From positions 1 through 64,000 of the IMG/VR virus record IMGVR_UViG_3300042898_000786: a DNA stretch of 64,000 nucleotides; one strand, given 5' to 3'. Of the stretch, positions 11,081-21,465 are shown one piece after another (position 1 is the stretch's first letter; each line of letters begins with the position of its first letter). The position numbers and the translations under genes were made by a program. The stretch is from a virus. The notes below the pieces were generated by a model. The model was not told the origin of the DNA. It searched no databases and worked only from the letters and a program-made list of their open reading frames with translations.

Positions 11081-11356
11081 ATGGCTCAGATTTCTGAAGA
11101 CCAACTAACTAAGGCACGTGAAGTACGCGCCAAACAACAGCAAATCCAAATGGAGCTTGGGGCTCTGTACGTAAGCGAGAAAGACCTCGCCGCACGTCAG
11201 GAAGCTTTAGTCACTGAACTGCGTGCAAGCGGTGAGGAGATTCAAGTTCTTATGAAGGCGCTTTCTGAGGAGCACGGACACGGAAGCCTAAATCTTGATA
11301 CAGGTGAGTTCACCGTACAGGAGCAAGAAGCTGCACCAGCCCTCGAAAAAGAGTAA
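11081..11356 (+). CDS. coiled-coil protein
   Basis: Helical, ends with G.GSLNLDTGEF. Confidence 0.6.
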   Translation: MAQISEDQLTKAREVRAKQQQIQMELGALYVSEKDLAARQEALVTELRASGEEIQVLMKALSEEHGHGSLNLDTGEFTVQEQEAAPALEKE

Positions 11357-11380
11357 AATCACACCATTAAAGTGTAGTAT

Positions 11381-11406
11381 GGCCCCATCAGGGGCCTTCT
11401 TTTTTT
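11381..11406 (+). terminator. intrinsic terminator
   Basis: GGCCCC-ATCA-GGGGCC plus T tract. Confidence 0.75.
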
Positions 11407-11423
11407 ATTATACTTTTGTATCT

Positions 11424-11642
11424 ATGAAAGAGTGGGTTAAGAAGCTATTAGGTAACGGAGATGAGGTATCGTCTAAGAGGGTCGTAGGACTCCTAGGCGC
11501 GTTAGTGCTGTTCGGCACCCTGATAGCTAACAGCTTCTCTCCTAAAGATATAGCCCCAAGTAAAGAGCTTGTAGAGGCCGTTGAATACTTAACTATAGCT
11601 ATGTTCTTCGGAACAGCAATAGAGAAGTTTGCAAAGAAGTGA
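11424..11642 (+). CDS. two-TM membrane protein, holin candidate
   Basis: Start refined to MKEWVKK; SSKRVVG followed by two hydrophobic helices. Confidence 0.55.
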   Translation: MKEWVKKLLGNGDEVSSKRVVGLLGALVLFGTLIANSFSPKDIAPSKELVEAVEYLTIAMFFGTAIEKFAKK

Positions 11643-11654
11643 GACACATAAAAA

Positions 11655-11846
11655 ATGACTATCAAGATGAGTGCCGAGGATGTTAAGATTACCGCAATAA
11701 ATGGTGGTACTATGCTGGTATCTTTTACAAACATTGAGGCAACCTTGAAGATTATCCTTCTAGTGGGCTCTATCGTATACACATTCTATAAGATATACGA
11801 ACTATATCAGAGTCGCAAGGCTAGAAAAAATGGAGGAGAGAGCTAA
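11655..11846 (+). CDS. small membrane protein, holin candidate
   Basis: Hydrophobic segment followed by basic tail. Confidence 0.5.
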   Translation: MTIKMSAEDVKITAINGGTMLVSFTNIEATLKIILLVGSIVYTFYKIYELYQSRKARKNGGES

Positions 11847-12114
11847 GAACCTCCTTAAGAAGTACGGACTCTCTGGCGTCAATAAGGCCAAGAAGACTCC
11901 AACTCACCCAAAGAAGTCTCATATCGTTCTAGCTAAGGTCGGTGATAAGGTTCGTCTTATCCGATTCGGAGAGCAAGGTGCTAACACTGTAACTGAGAGC
12001 AATCCTACTGGTGCTCGTGCTGCAAAGCGTGCTAGCTTTAAGGCCCGCCACGCTAAGAACATCGCTAAAGGAAAGATGAGCGCCGCATACTGGGCGGATA
12101 AAACTAAGTGGTGA
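11830..12114 (+). CDS. small basic phage protein
   Basis: IRFGEQG...RASFKARH...SAAYWA..KW family motif. Confidence 0.7.
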   Translation: MEERAKNLLKKYGLSGVNKAKKTPTHPKKSHIVLAKVGDKVRLIRFGEQGANTVTESNPTGARAAKRASFKARHAKNIAKGKMSAAYWADKTKW

Positions 12115-12167
12115 ATTTGCGTATTGATTATACGTATAACTTTGCCTGCAACTAAAATTAATTTATT

Positions 12168-13265
12168 ATGAGTGAGTTTGAAAAAAACATTGAAAACGCT
12201 TTAAAGGATATGGGTGTCAATTTTGTTGACGCTCCACCCGACGAAGTCACACCCGAATTACAGCCTCAGTCTACTGATTCTGTATCAACACTAACGGAAC
12301 CGACACCCGATGAGGTCGGAAGTTCTTTTAATAACTCTGTTCAGCCACAAGCTGTTTCAGAGCCCGCACCCGCTACAGATTCTTCTGAAGATATGAGTGA
12401 CGAGGAGTTCGAGAGTATGTTTGTTTCACACCTTAGCGAAAGGCTAGGGTTACAGCTTAACTCTTTTGACGACCTATCACTTCACCTCAAAGGAAATGAC
12501 GTGGCAGCAACCATCGACGAGCGAGTCAAAGTAATCGCTGACTTCGTGGCCGAGACTGGACGCAGCCCACAGGACTGGTTTAATTATCAATCGTTCAACC
12601 CATCTGAAATGGATGATTTGTCGGTTGTAAAAACACAGCTCTTGACTGATAACCCAGACTTGTCTTCCGGAGATGTCGACATCCTTATCTCACGCAAGTA
12701 CAAACTTGATGAAGATTCGTTTGATGAAGACGAAGTGAAGTACTCTCAGCTTCAGCTTAAGATGGACGCAAAAAAAGCTCGTGTAGAGTTAGAGCAGATT
12801 CGAGAAAACTTTAAACTACCAACAAAGCAAGATTACAGTGCTGAACCCCTTTTCGATGAGAATTGGATTAACACTATGTCTGCCGAGGTTGATTCCATTG
12901 ATGGGATTGACTTTGACCTTGGTGGTGATAAGACTTTCACGTTCGGCCTCGATGAGAAATATAAACCAACACTCAAAGAGAAGAACGCGAATCTAGAGCG
13001 CTACTTTGACGAGTACGTACGTAACGACGGCTCTTGGGATTTTGAGAAACTGTCACTGCATCGCTCCGTTATTGACAACGTCGACAGCATTGTCCGTTCT
13101 GTTTACCAGCAAGGTATTTCAGACGGCCAGCGCAAAGTTGTTGAGAACGCCGCGAACATTCAGTCTAACAATGTTCCTAACGTCGGAAGCGCACAAAACG
13201 TACCATCACTTCGTGAACAAGTTTCTAAGTATTTTAATACTGACGATATGATGAGAATTCGTTAA
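12168..13265 (+). CDS. acidic scaffold-like protein
   Basis: Very acidic, directly upstream of MCP; TAACTTTG box at 12137-12144. Confidence 0.6.
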   Translation: MSEFEKNIENALKDMGVNFVDAPPDEVTPELQPQSTDSVSTLTEPTPDEVGSSFNNSVQPQAVSEPAPATDSSEDMSDEEFESMFVSHLSERLGLQLNSFDDLSLHLKGNDVAATIDERVKVIADFVAETGRSPQDWFNYQSFNPSEMDDLSVVKTQLLTDNPDLSSGDVDILISRKYKLDEDSFDEDEVKYSQLQLKMDAKKARVELEQIRENFKLPTKQDYSAEPLFDENWINTMSAEVDSIDGIDFDLGGDKTFTFGLDEKYKPTLKEKNANLERYFDEYVRNDGSWDFEKLSLHRSVIDNVDSIVRSVYQQGISDGQRKVVENAANIQSNNVPNVGSAQNVPSLREQVSKYFNTDDMMRIR

Positions 13266-13294
13266 CCCTAATCACAACCCCAAAAAACAAAAAA

Positions 13295-14677
13295 ATGGCT
13301 ATTACTACCGGTACTGGCTTTTACGGAACACCCGCAGTTGATGCGTTCCGCAAAGCAACCCCTGATAAATACGTTTCCCTAGGAGACTTTATCGACGAAA
13401 TCAACAAACCTGATAACCGCACCCAACTCGTTAAGTCGTTCGGCGCTCAAACTATCACTGGATTCCTGCAAATGACTGGAGCTGTTAAGGCTCAAGGAAT
13501 TGCTGACGAAGTTCAATGGTGGGAAGAGGCTCGCTTGCACGCCACTCAAGTAGCTGGTACTGCTACTATCGCTTCTGCTGCTGCTGGAGCTGCACAGACC
13601 ATTACTTTGGCTTCTAGTGCTTCCGTCAACATCCGCTTGAACGATATCCTTATGCTTCCTAATGGAAACCGCGTGTTTGTTGCCGCTATCACCGCCACAG
13701 GTGCTACTCCACAAGCTCAAGTTTACAACCTTAAGAATGCTACGCTTCCTACAGCCGCTGCCAACCTTACCCTACCTATCGTTGGTAACCTGTACGCTCA
13801 AGGTACAGACCAACCTAGTGAGTACTTGGAGAGCAACGTATTGAAGCGCACCAATCCTTATATGATTATCAAGGAGTCTTACAAAGTGACTGGTTCACAA
13901 GCCACCAACCTCGGTTGGGTTGAAGTAGCTCCTGGCGACTTCCGTTGGTTTATGAAAGGCGAGATGGACACGCGTCAGCGTTTCATCGACAAGCGTGAGC
14001 TTATGATGCTTTTGGGCCAAAAGGTTACCAATACTGCTGGAATTACTTCCGCTACTATCTCTGGTTCAGAAGGTTACTTCGATGCTATTGAGAATCGCGG
14101 TCTTGTTTCAGGTGGTCGTATTACTACGCTTGCCGAACTAGATGCTGTCGTTAAGGAGCTTGACCGTCAAGGTGCAGGTCCTGAATACGCTATGTATGTA
14201 GACCGTACTCAGGATTTTGCTATCGATGACCTAGTCGCAGAAGGTCTAGGTTCTTCTTTAACTTCTGGTGTCGCTACTCAGTTCGGCGCGTTTAACAACA
14301 GCGCTGATATGGCTATCGCCCTAGGGTTTAAGTCATTGAGCCGTGGAGGTTACACGTTCCACAAGCACTCTTGGAAGCTTCTTAATGACCCTACTATGTT
14401 GGGCATTACGAACAGTTCTGTTGAGCTTTCTCCATACGCTGGCGTAATGATTCCTCTTTCGACTGTTGTTGACGCCAAGACTGGCGACCGCAGCCCGTCT
14501 TTGGAAATCAACTACAAGGCTTCTAACGGCTACAGCCGTGAGATGGAGCACTGGTTGACCGGTTCTGTACTTGGTTCTTCTAATGCTACAAGTGATTTGG
14601 TTCAGTTTAACTACCGTTCTGAAATCGCTCTTGTAACTCGTGCCGCTAACCGTCACGTGGTCATCAAAAAGTCCTAA
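13295..14677 (+). CDS. major capsid protein (crAss-like)
   Basis: 460 aa; GSEGYFDAIENRG and LGFKSLSRGGYTFHK motifs; high-expression codon bias; hairpin downstream. Confidence 0.8.
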   Translation: MAITTGTGFYGTPAVDAFRKATPDKYVSLGDFIDEINKPDNRTQLVKSFGAQTITGFLQMTGAVKAQGIADEVQWWEEARLHATQVAGTATIASAAAGAAQTITLASSASVNIRLNDILMLPNGNRVFVAAITATGATPQAQVYNLKNATLPTAAANLTLPIVGNLYAQGTDQPSEYLESNVLKRTNPYMIIKESYKVTGSQATNLGWVEVAPGDFRWFMKGEMDTRQRFIDKRELMMLLGQKVTNTAGITSATISGSEGYFDAIENRGLVSGGRITTLAELDAVVKELDRQGAGPEYAMYVDRTQDFAIDDLVAEGLGSSLTSGVATQFGAFNNSADMAIALGFKSLSRGGYTFHKHSWKLLNDPTMLGITNSSVELSPYAGVMIPLSTVVDAKTGDRSPSLEINYKASNGYSREMEHWLTGSVLGSSNATSDLVQFNYRSEIALVTRAANRHVVIKKS

Positions 14678-14687
14678 TCCTTAGGAT

Positions 14688-14727
14688 TTTGGGAAAGGGG
14701 GGGCTCCGGCCCCCTCTAACTCCCAAA
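14688..14727 (+). terminator. hairpin after MCP
   Basis: TTTGGGA..GGGG..CCCC..TCCCAAA inverted repeat, no clear T tract. Confidence 0.5.
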
Positions 14728-14753
14728 CTTATTAACTATCAATTTCATTCAAT

Positions 14754-15578
14754 ATGTCAACTCAAAGAAAAGTCCGCACGGACGCATACGGTCCCACTGG
14801 ACCATTAACCCAATCAGAAGTCGAAAAGTCTTCTCAATCGCTGTCTCACGAAGCTCTTATCAAAAAGCTAGACACAGCATCACGCAAAACAAAAGTTTAC
14901 TCAGTAGTTAACGCCGGCGGAATCTGGTATAAGATTCGCAGTATTGCCACTACTAAAAACCCTATACGACAGATTCGTTTTTGCCCTAATGAGCCTTCTA
15001 TCTACGTAGATGAACAATCTCAGTACGCAATCTTAGAGGCTGTGGTGTTTCGCGAAGGAACGCTTATGGCTACGGCTGACCAGCCCAACCTTCAGGACTT
15101 TATGGATGCCCACCCTGACAATGTGGCCAACGGAGGCAGCTCTTTCTATGTTATTGATTTGGAGCACGACGCTGAAGATGAGCTCGATATTGAATTCCTT
15201 GTCCACGATGCTGTATCTATGGTCCGCGATACGGAGCTAGACGGTCTTTTACCTGTGGCTATGTTCTTAAACATTGACCCAAAGAAACCAAGTGTAGAGA
15301 TTCGTCGTGAGCTTTTAAGCCACGCTAAGGCCAACCCAAAGGCATTCATTGAGATGTTCGACAATCCTATTGTTAAGGTTAAGGCTATAATCATACAAGC
15401 TGTAGACTTCCAGATTCTAAAGATTAACTCTGAGAGTATGCGCTGGCACGACAATAACCAAGTGATTATCACGACTCCAGCTGGTCAAGATACTCTTGAT
15501 GTGATGGCTCGTTTCTGCCTCACTGACAAAGGTGCTCTTGTATATGCTGAGATTACCAATAGGCTTTCGAAGCTGTAG
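14754..15578 (+). CDS. conserved protein downstream of MCP
   Basis: Position and size as in crAss-like capsid modules. Confidence 0.6.
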   Translation: MSTQRKVRTDAYGPTGPLTQSEVEKSSQSLSHEALIKKLDTASRKTKVYSVVNAGGIWYKIRSIATTKNPIRQIRFCPNEPSIYVDEQSQYAILEAVVFREGTLMATADQPNLQDFMDAHPDNVANGGSSFYVIDLEHDAEDELDIEFLVHDAVSMVRDTELDGLLPVAMFLNIDPKKPSVEIRRELLSHAKANPKAFIEMFDNPIVKVKAIIIQAVDFQILKINSESMRWHDNNQVIITTPAGQDTLDVMARFCLTDKGALVYAEITNRLSKL

Positions 15579-15598
15579 TACTCATACTATATGCTTAT

Positions 15599-15631
15599 AA
15601 GAGGGGTTGCAAGTGCGACCTCTTTTTTTTT
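15599..15631 (+). terminator. intrinsic terminator
   Basis: GGTTGCA-AG-TGCGACC plus T tract; TAGATTTG box follows at 15633-15640. Confidence 0.75.
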
Positions 15632-15657
15632 GTAGATTTGTAGCAAATTATGCATAA

Positions 15658-16386
15658 ATGGCTGGTGTTTACCAAGTATATACGATACTCAAAAACTTAG
15701 CGAATAAAGACGAGCAGGGCTTTGTGACGCCACAAGCTTTTAACACTTTTGCGCCCGTGGCACAACAGAAGCTTGTTAATGACTTGTTCTCTAAGTTCGA
15801 TACTATCAACGCTGCCGCGAGAAGGAATTCCTATCAGCCACAGGACGTATCTCTTGAGAAGCGTCTTAGAGAAGACCTTTCTTTCTTTCATAAGTCTGCT
15901 AAGTTGAGTCGAGTTGCTGCGGCTTTCACTCTGCCTACTGATTTTATGCGTCTTATAAGTGTTCGAACAAACGGAGCGTTCCTGCTTAATCAGTCAACCT
16001 CTGAGCCATTGGATGTGCTTCACGAAATCCACAAGCTTGACGACATCTTATCAAATGATATGCTGCGTCCCACCAGTGCCAATCCGCTAGCCGTTATGGA
16101 AAACGGAATTACGCTATACCCGAATGCGGTTTCAAATATAGTTATCTACTATTACAAAAAGCCTCAAGGTAAGCTTGCAACGACTGGAGCTAAGAGCGCA
16201 GGTAACCCAAGGTTTGGATACACTCTAGTAGGCACTAAGGAGGTATACTCTGCCGCGAACAGCATTGACTTTGAATTACCAGCCCATTACGTTCCAGACT
16301 TAGTCGCTGAAATTGCCAAAATGATTGGCGTAAGCATTAGTAGTGCTGACGTGTATAACTACGCAGTACAAGAAGAGAATAAGTAA
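15658..16386 (+). CDS. head-tail ring protein
   Basis: NKDEQGFVTPQAFN...YYKKP...DFELP motifs typical of crAss-like ring proteins. Confidence 0.6.
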   Translation: MAGVYQVYTILKNLANKDEQGFVTPQAFNTFAPVAQQKLVNDLFSKFDTINAAARRNSYQPQDVSLEKRLREDLSFFHKSAKLSRVAAAFTLPTDFMRLISVRTNGAFLLNQSTSEPLDVLHEIHKLDDILSNDMLRPTSANPLAVMENGITLYPNAVSNIVIYYYKKPQGKLATTGAKSAGNPRFGYTLVGTKEVYSAANSIDFELPAHYVPDLVAEIAKMIGVSISSADVYNYAVQEENK

Positions 16387-17189
16387 TGGCAAGGAATATA
16401 GTAACACTGTCCCAGGTAATATCTAACTTCAAAATATTAAACGAAGCTGATAGTTACTGTGCTGGAACAAGCGACACCGTAATTAGAGCTCTTGCTCTAC
16501 GCGGAATCCGAGAGATGGGATTCGATATGATGAAGCGAATCCGTTCGCTACGTTTACCAGTAAACACCTCTCTGAGTACAGTAGACCTGCCGGATGATTT
16601 TGTTGACCTCACTAAGATTGGATACGTAGGACTTGATGGCCTAGTATATGTGTTCGGTGAGAATAAGAATATTAACTATTCACAATCATACGTTATGCCA
16701 ATGATTGATTCAGATGGCGATGGCGTGTACGACAGGGAGGATGATAAGGATTTATCTGGTTCGTCTTCAGGCATCCAAAGTGGTCAGGAGTCATTCTTAT
16801 TTAACAACTATCTGTACGGAAATACGTACGGAGCTCTGTACGGTCTTGGTGGCGGTCAGTATAGCGGTCAGTACCGACTAAACCTTGACCAGAACAGAAT
16901 TGAAATATTTCCCGCTGGAGGTGCTAACGAGGTTGTCATCGAATACATTGCCGACGAAGCCCGTTCATCTAATCCTAGTGTACACATATACTTAGAGCCA
17001 GCTTTAAACTCATACATATACTATAAGATTGTAGAGCGTAAGGCTATCGTCCCGTCTAACGAAAAGGCTAGGGCAAGGCAAGAATACTATAACGAAAAAA
17101 GAATTGCTAATTCAAGGATAAAAAGCTTTAGCAAGGAAGAGGCGCTTAAGACTATTCGCAAGAACTTCAAGCAATCTCCTAAGTATTAA
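16386..17189 (+). CDS. tail ring protein
   Basis: LPDDFVDLTKIG, VIEYIAD motifs; includes a DSDGDGVYD Ca-binding-like loop. Confidence 0.6.
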   Translation: MARNIVTLSQVISNFKILNEADSYCAGTSDTVIRALALRGIREMGFDMMKRIRSLRLPVNTSLSTVDLPDDFVDLTKIGYVGLDGLVYVFGENKNINYSQSYVMPMIDSDGDGVYDREDDKDLSGSSSGIQSGQESFLFNNYLYGNTYGALYGLGGGQYSGQYRLNLDQNRIEIFPAGGANEVVIEYIADEARSSNPSVHIYLEPALNSYIYYKIVERKAIVPSNEKARARQEYYNEKRIANSRIKSFSKEEALKTIRKNFKQSPKY

Positions 17190-17194
17190 TAGGT

Positions 17195-20100
17195 ATGCCA
17201 GTACAGAAGATAACGCCTAGGAGTCTAAATCTAGATGATGACTTTCTTGTTGTTAAGTCAACCGAGATGGTTGATGCTTTCAATATTGAGATAGCATCTG
17301 ATGATGACGGAAATGCCAATGTCCTTAAGTCAATTCAAGGCAATACAGCTATATCATTTGCTGGAGGTTCCGCCTTGGCTGCTGGTACAAACACGGTAAT
17401 AGGCTCCGGTCTAAATACTGAGAAGAACGAGATTGTTTTCGCTATTTGGAACTCTAATAACGACCACAGCATATATCTATACTCAACATCAACAAACGTA
17501 TGTACGCTTGCTTATCGTGATGCTATACTTGGCTTTACTCAGGGCGCATTTGTAAAGTTTGACTTTATTGTATTGCAGAATGGAAATACCATAGCATACT
17601 TCACCGATGGCGTTAGCGAGCCTAAAAAGATTAATATCACTAAGGCTATTGGTGCATCTGGATACCCATACAAAATCGCTGGTGGTTACTCTTACAATGA
17701 TGACGAGAAGCTCTTAAGTATTGCAACTCTTCGCCAGCCACCTGTTGAGCCGCCAGTTGCATCTTTTGCAAGAGTTGGGAACGATGATGGATTTGTCTAT
17801 GATGAATACTTTCAGTTCGCATACCAGTATCTTTATGAAGATGGTGAGATATCTGCAATATCTCCGTACACCGAGCTTTCTTTAAACACATACCAACTGC
17901 TAGAAGACTACATTGGTTACGACACAAAGACTTACTATAATACGATAAACGTAACAGTTAAGCCCAGTCGCGGTGATGTATCTAAAATAAGATTACTCGC
18001 TCGTTCATCTGAGTCTCTTAGCTTTTTTGTTGTTGGTGAAATTTCAAACGACCGGACGGCCGGTAGTGCTGTAGTGGCATTTACCAATTCAAAACTTAGG
18101 GCATATGTTGCTGACTCAGAACAGAACAAGATGTATGACAACGTGCCCAAAAAAGCAAACGCTCAAGCCATCACATCTAACCGACTCGTGTATGGAGGAT
18201 ATACAGAGTTCTATGATAACATATCACCTAGTGTATCTATTTCTGAGATAGATTTTGCTGCCGGTACGAACGTACCAATCAGTGTAAACCCAACCACCGG
18301 CCAGAGCGTACAATACGCCCCGGCCGTTCCAACCGTTACGTCAAAGTTCAACATTGTAGTTGGAGACACTATGAACTTAATGCAGGACCAGAGTGAGGTA
18401 TTATTAGACTTTAGTGTATCTGGAGGTGCAAGTATTACTATCGGAAGTTCAGCTGTAGTACAACTCACACCTACTGAGTCAACTTATGATTTACTTCTAG
18501 GTAAGGTGGAGTTTGACGTAATTAAACGGTTTACCATACCAGCATATACGAGTCTTACTAGTCCAAGCCCTAGCATATATACCTACTTTATCAATAACAT
18601 TATCGGGAACTACGAAGTAGCTATCGGTGACGCTGAAGCTGATTTAATAACCTCAGGAGATAATCACGGTTTTAAAGGCACAGCCGTTGTAAATGTTTCT
18701 TTTGATGCTGTTAACTATGGTACTACTCAGGTTTCATTTATAGTTAAGATTGTTTCCGTAACGCTAGAAACCTATGAGGGCCGTGATGGAACAACTGGCG
18801 AGCCAATCCCAAGAGCTGATTTCATATCGTTTTCCCTAAACACGAATTTGCTCAATACGTCTTACGTTACAACGTGGGGTGGATTTAGGGCTTTTAGGAA
18901 CTACAACTCTCGCCAATACGCTGTTGCATCTAGCCGGTCTTTTAAGTCAGGCCAACGCCACAAGTTTGGCATTGTATACTATGATTTGTTTAATAGAAGC
19001 GGCGCTGTAAATGAAATTGGGGAGAAAGAGGTTTCGTTTATTTCGAATCGCCAGGGTGCCGCAAATGGTCCTGTAGCTCTGCAATTTAAGTTACAGCATA
19101 CACCACCTAGTTGGGCTAAGAAGTGGCAACTTGTGTACTCACCATTTTCGTCTTACAACTACAGCATACAGCATAGCGTAAGCGAAGCTTTTAGCAATAC
19201 AACAGATAGCTTCATTTACGTATCTATGAATACGCTTGAGGGCAAGGTATATTCTTATAAAGACTCTAAGGATGCAAAGCTTGATTATTCATTTGTAGAA
19301 GGAGATAAGCTTAAGATTGTTAGCTACGATGATGGAGTAGGCCGCACTTTTGTAGAATATGAATTTGATATTCTTGCGTACGAGTACTATGACGCAAATA
19401 ATACCCCAATCCCAGGTGCCATTAACCCTGACCGAAAAACAGGATGGTTTTTAAAGCTCAGGGATAATGTGGACGCCACTAATTTCGCAAAAAGTTTTGT
19501 TGCTGCGAGTTCAGACTCTTGGAATAATAAAGCTGTTGTTGAAATTTACAGACCAGCACGGGATAACGATTCTGTTATATATCGTGAAATCTCAGAGGTT
19601 TATGATGTGGTATTCAGTGGCGGCTCTTATAAACACAAAGGAGACCGTGATTTCTCTTATACTTGGACATCGGGGTCATCAAATATTACGGTACTTAATG
19701 GCATAGCCACTACCACTTTAGATATTAGGACTGGAGATACTCTAACTATTAGTCATACTGTATTCGGCTCGCCCGAGAGCTTTGAGGTCCGGGTTGGAAC
19801 CATATCTACATTCGGCTCAGATAAGACATTCTCCGTGACTAATGCTAATGTCGTTGGACAAGTTGGAGTCTCTATACCATCAAACGATAACTACTCGTTA
19901 GCAAGTATTACTGGACTATCTAACGCTATTGTTCAGACATCAAATGGTGATGTTTACTACAGGCCACGTAAAATGATATTTATCGTTGGATATCCCGGTA
20001 GCGGAAATCTAACGACTACCACTAATGATATATTCGTTGAGGATAACTCTATAAGTGACTTTAAGGTATCAAATGTTTCTGTTTTTGGCAGGCCCAATGC

Positions 20101-21454
20101 GCCAGTACCAACAGCTTTATCTGTATACAGAAAGGCTAGTATAACATATTCTGAGCCATACGTTATTGATTCGTCTGTATTAACGCTTTCATCGTTTAAC
20201 CTTAGCTTAGCTAACTTCAACGACTATGCTAGCAAGTATGGAGGCATTAAATACATACACTCAAATGATGATTCAATTTTTGTTCTTCAGGAGAGAAAAT
20301 CTTCGATTATACCTGTTGGCCGAAACTTAGTTGAATACGCAGACGGAAGTGCTAGCCTTGCCATCAGTAACAACTTCTTAGGAGTACAAAACTTTTACAC
20401 TGGTGAATACGGAGTAAACGACAATCCAGAGTCTGTTGTTGAACGCGCCGGCCGACTCTATTTCTGCGACATCATTTCTGGTAAGATACTTCGACTTGGT
20501 GGAGATGGTATAACTCCAATCAGTGACTACGGTATTGGTTCGTTTGTTGCAAATAAGTTTAACGATATTACTTCTAGCGCCTCAAGTCACAGGGTAATTG
20601 GAGCTTACGACCCAGATAAAGATTACTACATCTTTAGCACATCACCCATATCTGGTTCTGGAGTATCGTTGACTATGACTTTTGATGTTAATGGAAATTC
20701 TTGGATTAGTAAGCATTCTTGGAATCCTGAGTCAGGTTTACCTCTTGGCGACAACCTTATTACGTTCAAGTCTGGAGTTATGTATAAGCATTCTGATGCT
20801 GCGTCTTATGGCGTTGTATACGGAGTGTCTTGTCCTCCGTCTTTATCTGTTATTGCCAACGAGAATCCATCTCAGGTAAAGGTATTTAAGTCTATATCTC
20901 AGGAGTCTAACAAGCCATTTGGCTTCACTGTAGATAACAGCAAGCAAACATCTATGACTGTTCCATCTACGGACTTCACTAATGTGGCGACGGCAATATT
21001 AGACGAGACTGGCAGCACAATTGGCCTCGGCTTCCAACAGAATCGTGAGGGTATTTATTACGCCGAGATTCCACGTGATACCACTAATACAACTCAAGCT
21101 ATGGTTGTTATAGGTACGGCAGAATCTGTAGGTGCTGATACCATCACTTTCTCTAGTAATGTATCAAATACTCCTTTTGAGTTTGGAAAGCCTGTAGCTA
21201 TACTTACTGGCGGAGCATTTGTCAATCAAGGGTATAATGTCACGGATATCGTCAACTATAATACTATACGAGTAAGCGCAGCGCCATCAGGAGCAATCGT
21301 TGGCTCGGTAATAGCTGTACGTAGTGAAAATGCTGTAAATGGTGATTCTATGCGTGACCGATACGCTAGGGTAGCTTTCTCTGGTTCAACTGGAGCTTTT
21401 GAGTTATATGCGGTAAATGTAAACTATGCAGAGTCTAAACTACACTTTGCTTAA
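17195..21454 (+). CDS. tail nozzle / stabilization protein (P22 gp10-like)
   Basis: 1419 aa; FAYQYLYEDGEISAISP, NRLVYGGY, SFKSGQRHKFGIVYYD, YGVNDNPES motifs. Confidence 0.75.
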   Translation: MPVQKITPRSLNLDDDFLVVKSTEMVDAFNIEIASDDDGNANVLKSIQGNTAISFAGGSALAAGTNTVIGSGLNTEKNEIVFAIWNSNNDHSIYLYSTSTNVCTLAYRDAILGFTQGAFVKFDFIVLQNGNTIAYFTDGVSEPKKINITKAIGASGYPYKIAGGYSYNDDEKLLSIATLRQPPVEPPVASFARVGNDDGFVYDEYFQFAYQYLYEDGEISAISPYTELSLNTYQLLEDYIGYDTKTYYNTINVTVKPSRGDVSKIRLLARSSESLSFFVVGEISNDRTAGSAVVAFTNSKLRAYVADSEQNKMYDNVPKKANAQAITSNRLVYGGYTEFYDNISPSVSISEIDFAAGTNVPISVNPTTGQSVQYAPAVPTVTSKFNIVVGDTMNLMQDQSEVLLDFSVSGGASITIGSSAVVQLTPTESTYDLLLGKVEFDVIKRFTIPAYTSLTSPSPSIYTYFINNIIGNYEVAIGDAEADLITSGDNHGFKGTAVVNVSFDAVNYGTTQVSFIVKIVSVTLETYEGRDGTTGEPIPRADFISFSLNTNLLNTSYVTTWGGFRAFRNYNSRQYAVASSRSFKSGQRHKFGIVYYDLFNRSGAVNEIGEKEVSFISNRQGAANGPVALQFKLQHTPPSWAKKWQLVYSPFSSYNYSIQHSVSEAFSNTTDSFIYVSMNTLEGKVYSYKDSKDAKLDYSFVEGDKLKIVSYDDGVGRTFVEYEFDILAYEYYDANNTPIPGAINPDRKTGWFLKLRDNVDATNFAKSFVAASSDSWNNKAVVEIYRPARDNDSVIYREISEVYDVVFSGGSYKHKGDRDFSYTWTSGSSNITVLNGIATTTLDIRTGDTLTISHTVFGSPESFEVRVGTISTFGSDKTFSVTNANVVGQVGVSIPSNDNYSLASITGLSNAIVQTSNGDVYYRPRKMIFIVGYPGSGNLTTTTNDIFVEDNSISDFKVSNVSVFGRPNAPVPTALSVYRKASITYSEPYVIDSSVLTLSSFNLSLANFNDYASKYGGIKYIHSNDDSIFVLQERKSSIIPVGRNLVEYADGSASLAISNNFLGVQNFYTGEYGVNDNPESVVERAGRLYFCDIISGKILRLGGDGITPISDYGIGSFVANKFNDITSSASSHRVIGAYDPDKDYYIFSTSPISGSGVSLTMTFDVNGNSWISKHSWNPESGLPLGDNLITFKSGVMYKHSDAASYGVVYGVSCPPSLSVIANENPSQVKVFKSISQESNKPFGFTVDNSKQTSMTVPSTDFTNVATAILDETGSTIGLGFQQNREGIYYAEIPRDTTNTTQAMVVIGTAESVGADTITFSSNVSNTPFEFGKPVAILTGGAFVNQGYNVTDIVNYNTIRVSAAPSGAIVGSVIAVRSENAVNGDSMRDRYARVAFSGSTGAFELYAVNVNYAESKLHFA

Positions 21455-21465
21455 ATTTGTAAATT